Assembly (NCBI GenBank): GCA_022844165.1 | Contig: JALHMH010000037.1 | Coordinates: 1-47,583 of the forward strand | Origin: Lysobacterales bacterium | GTDB taxonomy: Bacteria > Pseudomonadota > Gammaproteobacteria > Xanthomonadales > SZUA-5 | Direction of reading: 5' to 3' | Length of the DNA: 47,583 bases | The notes under the pieces: model-generated | Told to the model about the DNA's origin: nothing | The model's database searches: none | The model's input: only the letters and a program-made list of their open reading frames with translations | Made by a program: the position numbers and the translations under genes | Part shown: piece by piece, positions 18,102 to 28,027 of the stretch | Layout: each line of letters opens with the position of its first letter | How positions within the stretch are numbered: position 1 is the first letter of the stretch

Positions 18102-21100
18102 CTACTCTTCGTTCACCAACTCGCGCCATGCGCCGCGGTGCCAGATGTTGTCGGCCGCCGAGAACGCAGATGTGATTGCGTCTCTCAATACTGCCGGGAG
18201 CCCTGGTGGCAATGGCGCCGGCGTAATCGAACCTGGGCCACCCCCGCGACGCGATACCGGATCGCCGATGGGTCGGTTCGAGCTCAGCACCGCGCCCACA
18301 ACACGATTTACGGCATTAGTGCTGGTGTCGGTCGGATTCACTCGAGCCGACCCAGTGGCGGCATCGACGACCAACAATCCGAATCGAGCACCTGGGTCGC
18401 ACGGGTCAACGCCTTTGGGAATGATCGAGCGCAAGAGTACCGTATTGGAGCTAAAGAACGGGAACGCCCGATCACCCGCGCGCTCTCCCGGCTCGGACGC
18501 GATGTTCATTGGGATACGCCAGCCTCTGAACGCTGCCGTGACCGGCGCATTGTTGGTGGCATTTGAGGGCAACGAACGCACGCCGTCTGCGTTTTGCGAC
18601 AGCTGTCGGGTCACAAGCTGATCAACGCGTATCGGATAGTTGGTACATGCAAGCGGACTATTGCTGCACGAGCCGTAGTCTCGAATTCCGTAAAAGTTCT
18701 GCAGTGGAATCGCTGCGGTACGGTCTGGCGCACCAATGAACTTGCCAGAACCGAATACGAAAATCGGTCCGAGTGTCACGGGATCACGCAGCGCTTGTGG
18801 CGCAAACGCGATCGGTTGGTCGCCCGGATTCGCCGCCCCGCCATTGCCGTACGTCTTGAACATCAAGTCCACCGACCATTCCGATGGATTGCTGGACGAA
18901 AGATCGAAGCGCCAGAGATTTCCCGCGAGATCGCCAGCGACGGCGATATCGGCAATCTGGTCATTACCGAAGTCATACACGATCGGCTGGGACAAGCCGA
19001 ACGTTCTTGCGGCCGAGGCAAACTGCGGCGCGATGCTGGTCGAAATCTCTCGGATCAGGGTGCCATTCTCTAAATCGACAACCATGAGCGAAGTCCGATT
19101 CGCTTTTGTGGAATCGGATGCCGGATCGAGCGTATCGGTCGGAAAGTAGCCACTGGAAATCAGCGCGACCCACTTGTCGTTATATCGAATACGCGTCGGA
19201 TTGGCGGACTCATAGGTGTAACCCAAGGAAGAGCAGAAACTCGCGCCCGGCGAACAATCCGTCCCGACAGATTCAGCCGTCTGCTCCCCGGTAAACTCCC
19301 ACATTGCCAGTGGGCTGCCCTCGGTCACGCCGGAAGGATTCGTCACGTCGATTGCGTAAACGGCGCGCCCTCCCAATCGCAGCCCACCCACAATGATTGT
19401 CCGCCACCGACCGCCCAAGAAGGCGTCGTACTGCAACGGACGATCATCCGCAGTAGGCACCAGACCCACTTCGAACTGTGTCGACTTCACGAGCCGATAG
19501 TTTTCGAACAAGATGTTTGGCACATAGGCAAACCGTTCGTCGCCGGTTTGCGCATCAAACGCATGAATCATTCCATCATTCGCAGCGACAAAAACATGCG
19601 GGCGACGAGCGCGCTGATCATTCTGATAGCGCGCGTAGCTGTTGCCGCCTTCTGCAGCAACCTGCTCAGGCGAGCCCAGCGGGAAAGAGTCACGGTGCCC
19701 GGTGATTGGCGACGACACATACACCGGTTGGCCGCGAATCACCGCACCAACGAGCGAACTTCGAACTCGGAACCGCGGCGTTTCGGTGGTTTCGTTGGTG
19801 CGGACACCACGCAGGTAATCCAAGCGCTGCTGGCCGAAAGCATCGGCATCAATCACCTGAGGCACCAAGTCGAGGCGCAGAGTATTCGGTCGGATGTTAA
19901 GCCGCTGAGTCTGTGTTGGACTCAGGCTGCTCCAGCGGAAAGGCTTGGACGTGCCGGGGCGACCATCGGACGTGATGATGACACGCGTGTTCGGGTCGCG
20001 AACTGGCAGACCCGTTTGCGCTGTCGATGGGCATGCCCCACCGGTCAGAATACAGGCCGCATCCCACTCGATCGCCACCACATCGCCCGTGACTGGGTCT
20101 AAACGATCTCGGGTCAAAAAACCGGACCAGTCGCTGGTATCAAACCCCGCCGAGTAACCGGCCGTCCCATCGGTCAAAAGCGGCAAAGATACCGATGTCG
20201 CGGTCGCACCGGCTCGTCGGGCGATGATGCTGGCTACCACCTCCTGCAGTGCCTGGATCAGTTCATTGGGATCCTGCGCGGTGAAAAAGCGTCCGCGACT
20301 GTTGATGGCAGCGTGCCACATGTCATCAATGTTGGCCACCACGTTGGCAGAAGTTGCTGGCCATTGGATCAAGTTGCGGCGAAGGCGATTTAAGTTAGCC
20401 CCTGTTTGCGGAATCGTCCCGTTAACACCGAAACTCACCATAAAATTGACCATATGCGACCAAGTCGCCGGGTCGTTCGCGGGGTTCCAATAAATTTCTT
20501 GATGGTCAAGTGCAGCCTGACCGGATGCAAGCGGCGGCCCAAACACATTGGTGCTCCGGTCGGGCAAAAATGGCGCAACTTTGTTTCGCGTAGCCGCATT
20601 CAGCGCAAAATCGGGCCGCAAGTTAGTCGCCCAATAGCGCCAGGCGATGTCTGCCAGAGACACGGTTGTTCCGCCGGTACCCGCATCAGCACCGTAGATC
20701 CGTGACTCCGCCTGAGCAGAATTGTATCCACGAGCGTCAGGAAGTGTCTGCGTTGCAGGCGCATTGTCGCGCGGAACCACTGTTGCGACCCCCGGGGGAG
20801 TCTGATTCCAAAAACCGTCCGAAATATTAAAGTGAAAGTTCTGACGGCAGCTGAGTTCGCGATTCAGATCTCGATCCCAATACGGATTGCCGTCATTGGC
20901 TCCCGCAAACGTGCCTCCGTTGCCTCGTTGATAAAATTGCCCGGCCCGAATCGTGGCGTCAAGCGTCGGAGTTCCTCCGCCTACACGAATCAGGAACAAC
21001 CAATCGTAGAAGCGATTCCGCACATCTGCATTAATCGGCTCGTTCTTGAATTTATACATCAGCATCGCGTTGCTCAGCTGATTGCTATTCAAGTTCTGCC

Positions 21101-21917
21101 AGGCAACTCGAATGTTTTCGTCGAATGCCGCAAAACCCAGCGACATCGAAGACGCTGCTGTGAGCGCTCGCGTGTGGTAATACGACCACCAGATCGCGAA
21201 GTTTGTCAGATCCCCGCCAAGCACAGGGACAAACTCCCAGTTAGCGGCGTTATAAAGGTCGCCCGTGTTGGTGATACGCCCGTTAACGTCGGTCAAGAGT
21301 GCGGGCGCCGTTGAGCGGTAGCGGTAATAACCCGGGCCGATGTTCACTGTCGTTGAAGTTGTGCAGAACTGGGCAGTGAGCAGATTTCGGGCGCCGTACG
21401 CGTTCGCGGTGCCGATGGCCGGGATCGCCATCGTTGTTTCAGGCGCCACTGGCCGGAAACGGATGATGCCGTTGTTAGGCACCAGCGCCAGATTCGTGGG
21501 CGTCGGAAATCTGGTCACACCATCGGCATATAGCGGTGTTGCGTAGCTAATGTTGGGATTATAATAAACGCCATTCATCGCGAACGAACGCGGGTTTGCC
21601 GGATCCGTGACACGCGGATCTATCACGGCGGCGCAGAGCCATGGTGTATTGTAGTTGTAGCGGTTGTTGTGGTGATTTGACTGATCGTCCCGAGCACCCC
21701 AGCCGCCGTTATCGAAGGGCCGCTGATCAGGCATAAAATGGCGACCCATAGATCCTGAATCGTCCAACGTGGCAATCACATTGGGAGCAACGCTAGACGT
21801 GAGATCAGGCGGTGTCGCAAGCAAATCGACAGTACCATCGGCCGCGCCCCATGCGGGTCCATTGGCAAACGCCAGAAACGCCGCGATCCAGACACCCGAC
21901 TTAATAAACGCTTTCAT
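18102..21917 (-). CDS. pilY1: Type IV pilus tip adhesin PilY1
   Basis: 1271 aa; signal peptide; vWA-like DDSGSM and GGTPT; DDMWHAAINSRG; ANDGMIHAFDA; AGDLAGNLWRFDL propeller; position in the cluster. Confidence 0.93.
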   Translation of the reverse strand: MKAFIKSGVWIAAFLAFANGPAWGAADGTVDLLATPPDLTSSVAPNVIATLDDSGSMGRHFMPDQRPFDNGGWGARDDQSNHHNNRYNYNTPWLCAAVIDPRVTDPANPRSFAMNGVYYNPNISYATPLYADGVTRFPTPTNLALVPNNGIIRFRPVAPETTMAIPAIGTANAYGARNLLTAQFCTTSTTVNIGPGYYRYRSTAPALLTDVNGRITNTGDLYNAANWEFVPVLGGDLTNFAIWWSYYHTRALTAASSMSLGFAAFDENIRVAWQNLNSNQLSNAMLMYKFKNEPINADVRNRFYDWLFLIRVGGGTPTLDATIRAGQFYQRGNGGTFAGANDGNPYWDRDLNRELSCRQNFHFNISDGFWNQTPPGVATVVPRDNAPATQTLPDARGYNSAQAESRIYGADAGTGGTTVSLADIAWRYWATNLRPDFALNAATRNKVAPFLPDRSTNVFGPPLASGQAALDHQEIYWNPANDPATWSHMVNFMVSFGVNGTIPQTGANLNRLRRNLIQWPATSANVVANIDDMWHAAINSRGRFFTAQDPNELIQALQEVVASIIARRAGATATSVSLPLLTDGTAGYSAGFDTSDWSGFLTRDRLDPVTGDVVAIEWDAACILTGGACPSTAQTGLPVRDPNTRVIITSDGRPGTSKPFRWSSLSPTQTQRLNIRPNTLRLDLVPQVIDADAFGQQRLDYLRGVRTNETTETPRFRVRSSLVGAVIRGQPVYVSSPITGHRDSFPLGSPEQVAAEGGNSYARYQNDQRARRPHVFVAANDGMIHAFDAQTGDERFAYVPNILFENYRLVKSTQFEVGLVPTADDRPLQYDAFLGGRWRTIIVGGLRLGGRAVYAIDVTNPSGVTEGSPLAMWEFTGEQTAESVGTDCSPGASFCSSLGYTYESANPTRIRYNDKWVALISSGYFPTDTLDPASDSTKANRTSLMVVDLENGTLIREISTSIAPQFASAARTFGLSQPIVYDFGNDQIADIAVAGDLAGNLWRFDLSSSNPSEWSVDLMFKTYGNGGAANPGDQPIAFAPQALRDPVTLGPIFVFGSGKFIGAPDRTAAIPLQNFYGIRDYGSCSNSPLACTNYPIRVDQLVTRQLSQNADGVRSLPSNATNNAPVTAAFRGWRIPMNIASEPGERAGDRAFPFFSSNTVLLRSIIPKGVDPCDPGARFGLLVVDAATGSARVNPTDTSTNAVNRVVGAVLSSNRPIGDPVSRRGGGPGSITPAPLPPGLPAVLRDAITSAFSAADNIWHRGAWRELVNEE

Positions 21918-21950
21918 GAAAATCTCCTTTCGACGGCAAGTTTCAGACCG

Positions 21951-22595
21951 TCAAGGGTTAAACCCGGTATTTGTCAAATCCATTGCCGAGAAGACGCTCT
22001 CGGTCACGCTGATTGCGGCGTCCGAACCACCTTGACTGCGTGCCGTGATTCGGTAGTAGGTACGCTTACCCACGAGCGATGTCGTCTCAGGGTTGACCCC
22101 GCCAATTTGCTGCCCGGACCCAGGTGGAAGATCTGGCCCAACGTTCTCGATGATGAAGCGCGGTGCGGATGCGAGTTTTGCCGTCTCATCGGCCCCTCCG
22201 AGACCTTCGAGGCCGGCCGTATAAGACCTGCCGCCGTCCGATGCCGGGTCTATCCACTCCTTCGCTGTGCGAAAGCGCTGCGCGACTGGAGACAACAGGC
22301 CACTGGGCAGCGGAAGGTAAACACAGTCGGAGCCCGCGCCGACGCACGGTGGCAGCGGCTGTTGACTGTTGAAGCTGATGTTCCATAACGCCGCTTCTGC
22401 GCCACGCAGCGCGGACTCTGCGCCCTGGAAACTGAGATTTTGGTTGCGCATTCCTCCGATCATCCGCTCTTGCAGGATCGAGGAATTCGCGGCAACAACT
22501 GCGATCAACGACATGATCACGAGAATGACAAGCGCAAAAAACAGCACAGCACCCTTTTGAGATCTCGGAATCTGGTTTCTTTGGCGGTCGTTCAT
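21951..22595 (-). CDS. pilX: Type IV minor pilin PilX
   Basis: QKG/AVLFF leader lacking Glu5; QERM, AESALR, YRITARS. Confidence 0.9.
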   Translation of the reverse strand: MNDRQRNQIPRSQKGAVLFFALVILVIMSLIAVVAANSSILQERMIGGMRNQNLSFQGAESALRGAEAALWNISFNSQQPLPPCVGAGSDCVYLPLPSGLLSPVAQRFRTAKEWIDPASDGGRSYTAGLEGLGGADETAKLASAPRFIIENVGPDLPPGSGQQIGGVNPETTSLVGKRTYYRITARSQGGSDAAISVTESVFSAMDLTNTGFNP

Positions 22596-23926
22596 GGATT
22601 CGCATTCCGTGCGGCAACTTGGGCGATGAACTCACGACGAGGCATGCTTCTCGATTGAATCGTCGAAGGCAGTGGCGTCGTCAATGCTGCGGGCGAGGTG
22701 GTTACGCCCATATAAGTAAAGGTCCGGGAAGCCGCATCCAGACCCACGATGTCGTCGACCGAATTCACCAACAGATGAGCTTCGATTCTTCGAACTGAAC
22801 GCCACAAACAGCCCGGCTCCATTTGCAGGGGATTGGCGGGATCAGGCGCGACCAACTCAGGCTTCAATGGGCAGTTGATTGCACCGCCCAATCGGTTGTC
22901 GACCTGCGCGGCCGTCAGGAAGCGCATTTCGCCCGCTCGGTCGAGCACGCCGTACCGAAACGTCAAGTTATCGACGCCGCGAACGATTTCGTTTTCGATG
23001 CCGTTTTCCCGTCGAATCAACGTTGGAATCAGTCGCCCCGCCGGCGAATTCGGTATCGCCTCTGGGTTATCGTCCAGCCGAAACGCCAGGTAGTAGGAGA
23101 TGGTGACGAAGTCCTGTGAGAAGTTGAACACGCGCACGTCGCGCGCACCTTGAGCATTGCACGAAGGCGCTGTGCCCGCGCCCGGCAACAAGGGCCCAAT
23201 CGTCAAAACGTTCCCGGCAACACCTGAAATCGGAACCAGTGCCGGCGACTGACAATCCGAAACGAACGCGATATTGCCCACTGCGAAACTGACCGGATCG
23301 TCACCCGGTTGTGGTGCGAGCGTGATCGAATCTCCAGATCCGCAATTACTCAGCCCGGTGACGGGCCACCCCGTTCCCCTCTGGTATCGCACCGTCAGGA
23401 TTTCTGTATTGGGCACGCGGTTGTTGTTCGCCAGACCGGCCGTGGGAAAAGTGCCAGCCGTCGGCAACCCAGGTGTGCACGTACTTCCTGTTGCGCACGC
23501 ATAGCCCTGAACAAAGAACCGGGGCGACAGAGCGTATCGGAGCGTGGCGGGGCTTGTGGCGCGCGCACCGGTTGCAAGATTGACACTGCGCATCCCGCCC
23601 GAGTCCGGCAAGTTGAGATCTGGCGCATACACGACCGGCGGTCGCCCCGACCACATGGGCCGGGCGGCTCCGACATGTGAGTTTCCGGAGTAGTTACTGC
23701 AAAATTGAGCAGAAGCCATGCGCAGATCGTATTCGAGCTGGGTCACTGCGAAGCGCCCATTCTCTTGCAACCGCGCCAGCCCGCTTTGAAGCCGATTAAC
23801 GCGGCCCGACGTGTCGAACAGTGTGACGATTCCTATGGTGATCAGAAAGCCGATCAGCATGGCGATCATCAGTTCGATGATGGTGAATCCTGCTACGCGT
23901 GATTTGGGTCTGCGAGAGACTGTCAT
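22592..23926 (-). CDS. pilW: Type IV minor pilin PilW
   Basis: G/FTIIELMIA; LQENGRFA...DLRMA; GVDNLTFRYG. Confidence 0.88.
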   Translation of the reverse strand: MTVSRRPKSRVAGFTIIELMIAMLIGFLITIGIVTLFDTSGRVNRLQSGLARLQENGRFAVTQLEYDLRMASAQFCSNYSGNSHVGAARPMWSGRPPVVYAPDLNLPDSGGMRSVNLATGARATSPATLRYALSPRFFVQGYACATGSTCTPGLPTAGTFPTAGLANNNRVPNTEILTVRYQRGTGWPVTGLSNCGSGDSITLAPQPGDDPVSFAVGNIAFVSDCQSPALVPISGVAGNVLTIGPLLPGAGTAPSCNAQGARDVRVFNFSQDFVTISYYLAFRLDDNPEAIPNSPAGRLIPTLIRRENGIENEIVRGVDNLTFRYGVLDRAGEMRFLTAAQVDNRLGGAINCPLKPELVAPDPANPLQMEPGCLWRSVRRIEAHLLVNSVDDIVGLDAASRTFTYMGVTTSPAALTTPLPSTIQSRSMPRREFIAQVAARNANP

Positions 23927-24438
23927 GGCTGGAAGACCCAGGAAAAAGTCTGAACGTTCGGAGTAGCCGTGGTGTTCTTATTCAATGCGGCTTCGTCCCA
24001 TTGGATACGGATCGTGCACATGCCGTTGAACGGTGCTGCGCCAGCCTGCACTGGTGTGCCAAGGAGAACGCCGTTGCAATTCACATTCGCCGATGAGTTG
24101 GGTAGAAACTGGAACAGCTGGCCTCGCAAGGCCGCAATGTCGCGCGTCGCCTGAACTGCAGCGGTGCAAACGACGCCACCGGTGCAAGGATCCGGCCCCG
24201 CCGCCGCCGCACTGTGATTGCCGTTGTATGCAAGCACTTGAGCGCGATTGGACCTGATCCGATCAATCGTGCCTCTGGCAACAAACTCCGCCTGCGTCCG
24301 CAGATAGGCGCTCTGGTTGGTCTTGACCGAAATCAGCAACAGACCGGCCATGCCTGCCAAACCGATCGCCACGACGAGAATCGCGATCAGGGATTCGATG
24401 AGGGTAAAACCCAGCTGTTGGTTGAGTGGCTTCTTCAT
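23923..24438 (-). CDS. pilV: Type IV pilus modification protein PilV
   Basis: G/FTLIESLIA; SAYLRTQA; DRIRSN; IQWDE. Confidence 0.9.
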   Translation of the reverse strand: MKKPLNQQLGFTLIESLIAILVVAIGLAGMAGLLLISVKTNQSAYLRTQAEFVARGTIDRIRSNRAQVLAYNGNHSAAAAGPDPCTGGVVCTAAVQATRDIAALRGQLFQFLPNSSANVNCNGVLLGTPVQAGAAPFNGMCTIRIQWDEAALNKNTTATPNVQTFSWVFQP

Positions 24439-24959
24439 GAACAAGGTCCCGCTGGCGATCCGGTGACATTCGCTCTGGTTCGGGTGCTACCTGCTGCCGC
24501 CACCGTGATTCGGCGCGATTTGGCGATATCGGCATGTGCCGTCGGGCGGCAGACATTGAAGTCGAATCCCAGACCGTCGGCCAGAGCGCCGGACGGCCCG
24601 AACGTGACGGTCGTATTGTTGCCGGAGCCGCCAGTCATTGCGCCGGTGATCGTGAACCCATCTGCCAGCGGCCCGCGTGTGCTCAATACCTCAAGCGGAT
24701 TGTCGACTTGGACTTGCCACCCATCGGTCCATGCACCGTTAGCGACGACCGAGACTGCCCGGCCGCGACGCGCAGCCTCGGCGCGCGCAGACGTGATGGC
24801 CTGCACCAGCTCATTGACATTTGTGCGCACCGTATTGTTGATCGACAATTCACGGAAACTCGGCATCGCGATTCCGGCCAGGATCATCAAGAGGGCGACT
24901 GAAATGAGCAGTTCGAACAACGTGAAGCCTTCGTTGCGAGATCTCACAAGCACCACCAT
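24435..24959 (-). CDS. fimT: GspH/FimT-family minor pilin
   Basis: G/FTLFELLI; AMPSF; ARAEAARRG; WTDGW; first gene of the cluster (could also be named fimU). Confidence 0.85.
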   Translation of the reverse strand: MVVLVRSRNEGFTLFELLISVALLMILAGIAMPSFRELSINNTVRTNVNELVQAITSARAEAARRGRAVSVVANGAWTDGWQVQVDNPLEVLSTRGPLADGFTITGAMTGGSGNNTTVTFGPSGALADGLGFDFNVCRPTAHADIAKSRRITVAAAGSTRTRANVTGSPAGPCS

Positions 24960-25067
24960 TTGTTGGTTGATCGCAGTTTAGTGTTGCACAAAAGAAATGC
25001 GCGGGATATCCGATGACCGGCAAGTTCTGCCGGAGGAGTGCAGGCGTGCCCTGGTGCAAGCGCGACA

Positions 25068-25619
25068 TCAGCGGTGCTGCCGTTCCCAGAGGACCTCATT
25101 GCCACCATCGGCGCGCGCCAGAACACGGGCAATGACGAACAACAGATCCGAGAGGCGATTGAGGTAGCGAATGGCCTGTGGACGCACGAATTCTTGACGC
25201 GAGAGTGCGATCGTGTCGCGTTCGGCGCGACGCACGACGGTGCGGGCGACATGGCAAGCGGCGGCCGATGGCGAACCGCCGGGCAGAATAAAGTCTTTGA
25301 GCGGCGGCAGTGGATCGTTGAAGCCGTCGAGATCGAGCTCCAGAGCGTCGATGTCGGCGTCGAAAATCAACTCCATGCCGGGAATACACAGTTCGCCGCC
25401 GAGATCGAACAGCTGATGTTGCACGCGGGTCAAACAGCGGCGAATGGCTTCTGCAACAGAGGCCTGGGCGAGCACAACGCCAATGCAGCTGTTGGCTTCA
25501 TCGACGGTACCGTAGGCGTTGACGCGCAAACTGTCTTTGCCGACACGATTGCCATCGCCCAATCCGGTGCTGCCGTCATCGCCGGTGCGTGTATAGATCT
25601 TCGAAAGGCGGTTACCCAT
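25068..25619 (-). CDS. ATP:cob(I)alamin adenosyltransferase, PduO type
   Basis: KIYTRTGDDG, AYGTVDEANS, FILPGG, ARTVVRRAER, YLNRLSDLLF. Confidence 0.96.
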   Translation of the reverse strand: MGNRLSKIYTRTGDDGSTGLGDGNRVGKDSLRVNAYGTVDEANSCIGVVLAQASVAEAIRRCLTRVQHQLFDLGGELCIPGMELIFDADIDALELDLDGFNDPLPPLKDFILPGGSPSAAACHVARTVVRRAERDTIALSRQEFVRPQAIRYLNRLSDLLFVIARVLARADGGNEVLWERQHR

Positions 25620-25930
25620 GATTGTGATTGCTCAGGATGAGATGCGAAGAGATGTTGGCGGCTTGAGCGCCCGGCGCAAGTGTTGAATGCAAGCCGATGG
25701 CCTCGGAAGCATCTCATACGAGGACATGAAAGAAGCAAGAACGTCGGCTTCGCCGCGCTGCGTGCGGTGATTGAAGTTGCGTACGCGACGATTGTTGTGT
25801 GAGCACTGGTGGGAACAGCTAACGGCGTCGTGCTATAGCGCGACCCACAACGTTGGCGTGCGAAAAGGGGATTCGTCGCGCTGAGCAATCAATCTCGCGC
25901 GCGACGGACTGCCTCTGGAACTCTTCGTGA

Positions 25931-26464
25931 TCAAGTTGAGAGTCGTGCCTGTCCACGGCGAAGAAGCGCCATACCGCCAAACATCAGTGTCGAATACACA
26001 GCCATGCCCAATAGCGTCCATTGAAAGAACGGCAGTGCGGCAACGTAACAAGCGACCAGGCCGCTCAAATCGCGGGTGTAACCCAGGCCGCCGCCGCTTG
26101 CCCAGACAAAGAGGTTACTGACAACGAAGAACAACGTGGCAGCGAAGAGCCCGTAACCCGCGATGCGCGCGCCGGTGGGATTTGGGCCAAGCTTGAAGCC
26201 CAAGGCCACGTTGATGGCAATCAAACCGTAGATCACCCACATACCGCTATGCAAACCCAGAACGACATCAGAAATCGCCATTGCAACCAGCGGAACGATC
26301 AGCGCCAGTCGACGATCTGCCAGATACGCGCCGGCGAACAAGCCGATGGCCTCGATTGGCGTGAAGTTCGGTGGGTGCGGCAACAAACGCGAAAGCGCAG
26401 CCAACAAGATGAGGCCGATGATCAGCGTCGTGCGCGGATTCAGGCGCGCCGCGAGTTGGGTCAT
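25931..26464 (-). CDS. Small membrane transporter, BtuM/DUF6580-like (putative cobalamin uptake)
   Basis: GGAG RBS; about six TM segments; RLLPHPPNFTP, FFVVSN and CYVAALPF motifs; flanked by cobalamin genes. Confidence 0.7.
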   Translation of the reverse strand: MTQLAARLNPRTTLIIGLILLAALSRLLPHPPNFTPIEAIGLFAGAYLADRRLALIVPLVAMAISDVVLGLHSGMWVIYGLIAINVALGFKLGPNPTGARIAGYGLFAATLFFVVSNLFVWASGGGLGYTRDLSGLVACYVAALPFFQWTLLGMAVYSTLMFGGMALLRRGQARLST

Positions 26465-26498
26465 GCGATGTCTCCAGTTTCGATGTGGATTGCGACGC

Positions 26499-27083
26499 TC
26501 AGGGAATCGTCCCTTGGAAGCGCTCGGAATTGACATAGCATACGTCAATGCGGTCGTCGCTCTTGTGCAATAGCGTGACACTGGCGTAGTCGATGCGAAA
26601 TCGGAAGGCATGTCTGAGCGGCAGGCCTAACGCGTGACATAACAATGCACGAACCACGCCCGCGTGGCATACGGCGATCGTTGGACGGTCTGACGGCAGT
26701 TCAGTCAATACGTCGACTGCGCGCGCCTGCATATCGAGGAACCGTTCGCCACCCGGCGCACGCTCGGTGTCGAAGGCCGCCATGAACCGTTGCCAGCGCT
26801 CGCCGTCGGTCGATGCAATGTCGTCGAAGCGTTGGCCATCCCACGCCCCAAAGTGCATTTCGCGCAAACGCGGGTCAGTCTGGAATTCGACGCCAAAGGC
26901 TGCAGCCGTGCGTGTTGCGCGAATCAGATCCGATGAGATCAAGTGAGCTGCGCCACGCCAGCTGCGTGCCAGGCGGTCGGCGGCCAGAACACCCGACGCT
27001 GAAAGCGGCACGTCGGTATGTCCAAGCCCGCGGCCCACGGCGCCCTCCGGTTCTGCGTGTCTGACCAGATAGACGTGACTCAT
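26499..27083 (-). CDS. Histidine phosphatase family protein, CobC-like
   Basis: LVRHA, SSDLIRA, LREMHFGAWDG, PGGE, CHAGVVR. Confidence 0.85.
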   Translation of the reverse strand: MSHVYLVRHAEPEGAVGRGLGHTDVPLSASGVLAADRLARSWRGAAHLISSDLIRATRTAAAFGVEFQTDPRLREMHFGAWDGQRFDDIASTDGERWQRFMAAFDTERAPGGERFLDMQARAVDVLTELPSDRPTIAVCHAGVVRALLCHALGLPLRHAFRFRIDYASVTLLHKSDDRIDVCYVNSERFQGTIP

Positions 27084-27103
27084 CGATGGCTGACCGCCCA
27101 GCA

Positions 27104-27889
27104 TCAGGCTGGCAAGCGAAAAAAGCGCTGCGCTGTTGCGGCGCTCGAATGTGCCAAAGCTGCCTCGGACTCGCCGCGCGCGGCGGCCACAGCTTGCAAA
27201 ACAGCCGTGAGGTACCGCGGCTCATTGCGGTGCGTTTTTGGCTTCGGCTTCAGCGTTCGCGGCAGCAAATACGGCGCGTCAGTTTCGATCATCAGCCGCT
27301 CGCTTGGAATGCTCTTCATTAGTGGCAATAAATGCGTGCCGCGGCGTTCGTCGCAAATCCAGCCCGTGATACCAATATGGCAGTCCAGATCCAAGCACTC
27401 GAACAGCTCACGTTTGTCGGCCGTGAAGCAATGCACCACGCAATCGCTGAGGCGATCGCGAACCTGGCGCAAGATGGCGACAAAATCGTCGTGAGCGTCA
27501 CGCTGATGCAAAAACACGGGCTTGCCACACGCGATCGCCAGTTCCAACTGTTGTTCGAATGCGAACCGCTGCGTTGCGCGGGGCGAAATATCGCGGAAGT
27601 AATCCAGCCCGGTTTCGCCGACGGCGACGACCACGTGTTGCCGATGCAGACCAGCGAGTGTGGCATGCGTTGCGCTCGTGTAGTCGGCCGCGTGGTGTGG
27701 ATGAACGCCTGCGGTGGCGTACAAAAACCTGGGCCATCGCATCGCGAGTGCGTGCGCGTCGACGCTGCCCTGCTCGCTCGCGCCGGTGACGATGATCTCG
27801 GTGATGCCGACGGCGCGCGCGTGATCGAGCACGTTCGAGAGATCGTGCGCAAAGGACTCGTGGGTGAGATTGGCGCCGATGTCGATCAT
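27104..27889 (-). CDS. tatD: TatD-family nuclease
   Basis: DIGANL, TAGVHPH, VGETGLDY, LHQRDA, HCFT, IETDAPYL. Confidence 0.95.
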   Translation of the reverse strand: MIDIGANLTHESFAHDLSNVLDHARAVGITEIIVTGASEQGSVDAHALAMRWPRFLYATAGVHPHHAADYTSATHATLAGLHRQHVVVAVGETGLDYFRDISPRATQRFAFEQQLELAIACGKPVFLHQRDAHDDFVAILRQVRDRLSDCVVHCFTADKRELFECLDLDCHIGITGWICDERRGTHLLPLMKSIPSERLMIETDAPYLLPRTLKPKPKTHRNEPRYLTAVLQAVAAARGESEAALAHSSAATAQRFFRLPA

Positions 27890-28027
27890 GGATGTCGTGA
27901 GTAGCGATTCATGTTGCGAAGATTGCCAGAGTAAAGGTGTCTCGTGCGCACGCGCGCCTAACTGCTAACATCCGCGGCTGACGCTTCGTTGTTGATGCCA
28001 CGTGATGCACAGGGATCACACATTGCC

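Noticed and set aside
21951-21985. PilX C-terminus DLTNTGFNP as a tag variant
   Set aside because: Only GF matches; the I-F pair and Glu are missing.
25620-25930. Cobalamin riboswitch upstream of the adenosyltransferase
   Set aside because: No GGGAA, GCCACTG or B12-box motifs on the coding (minus) strand.
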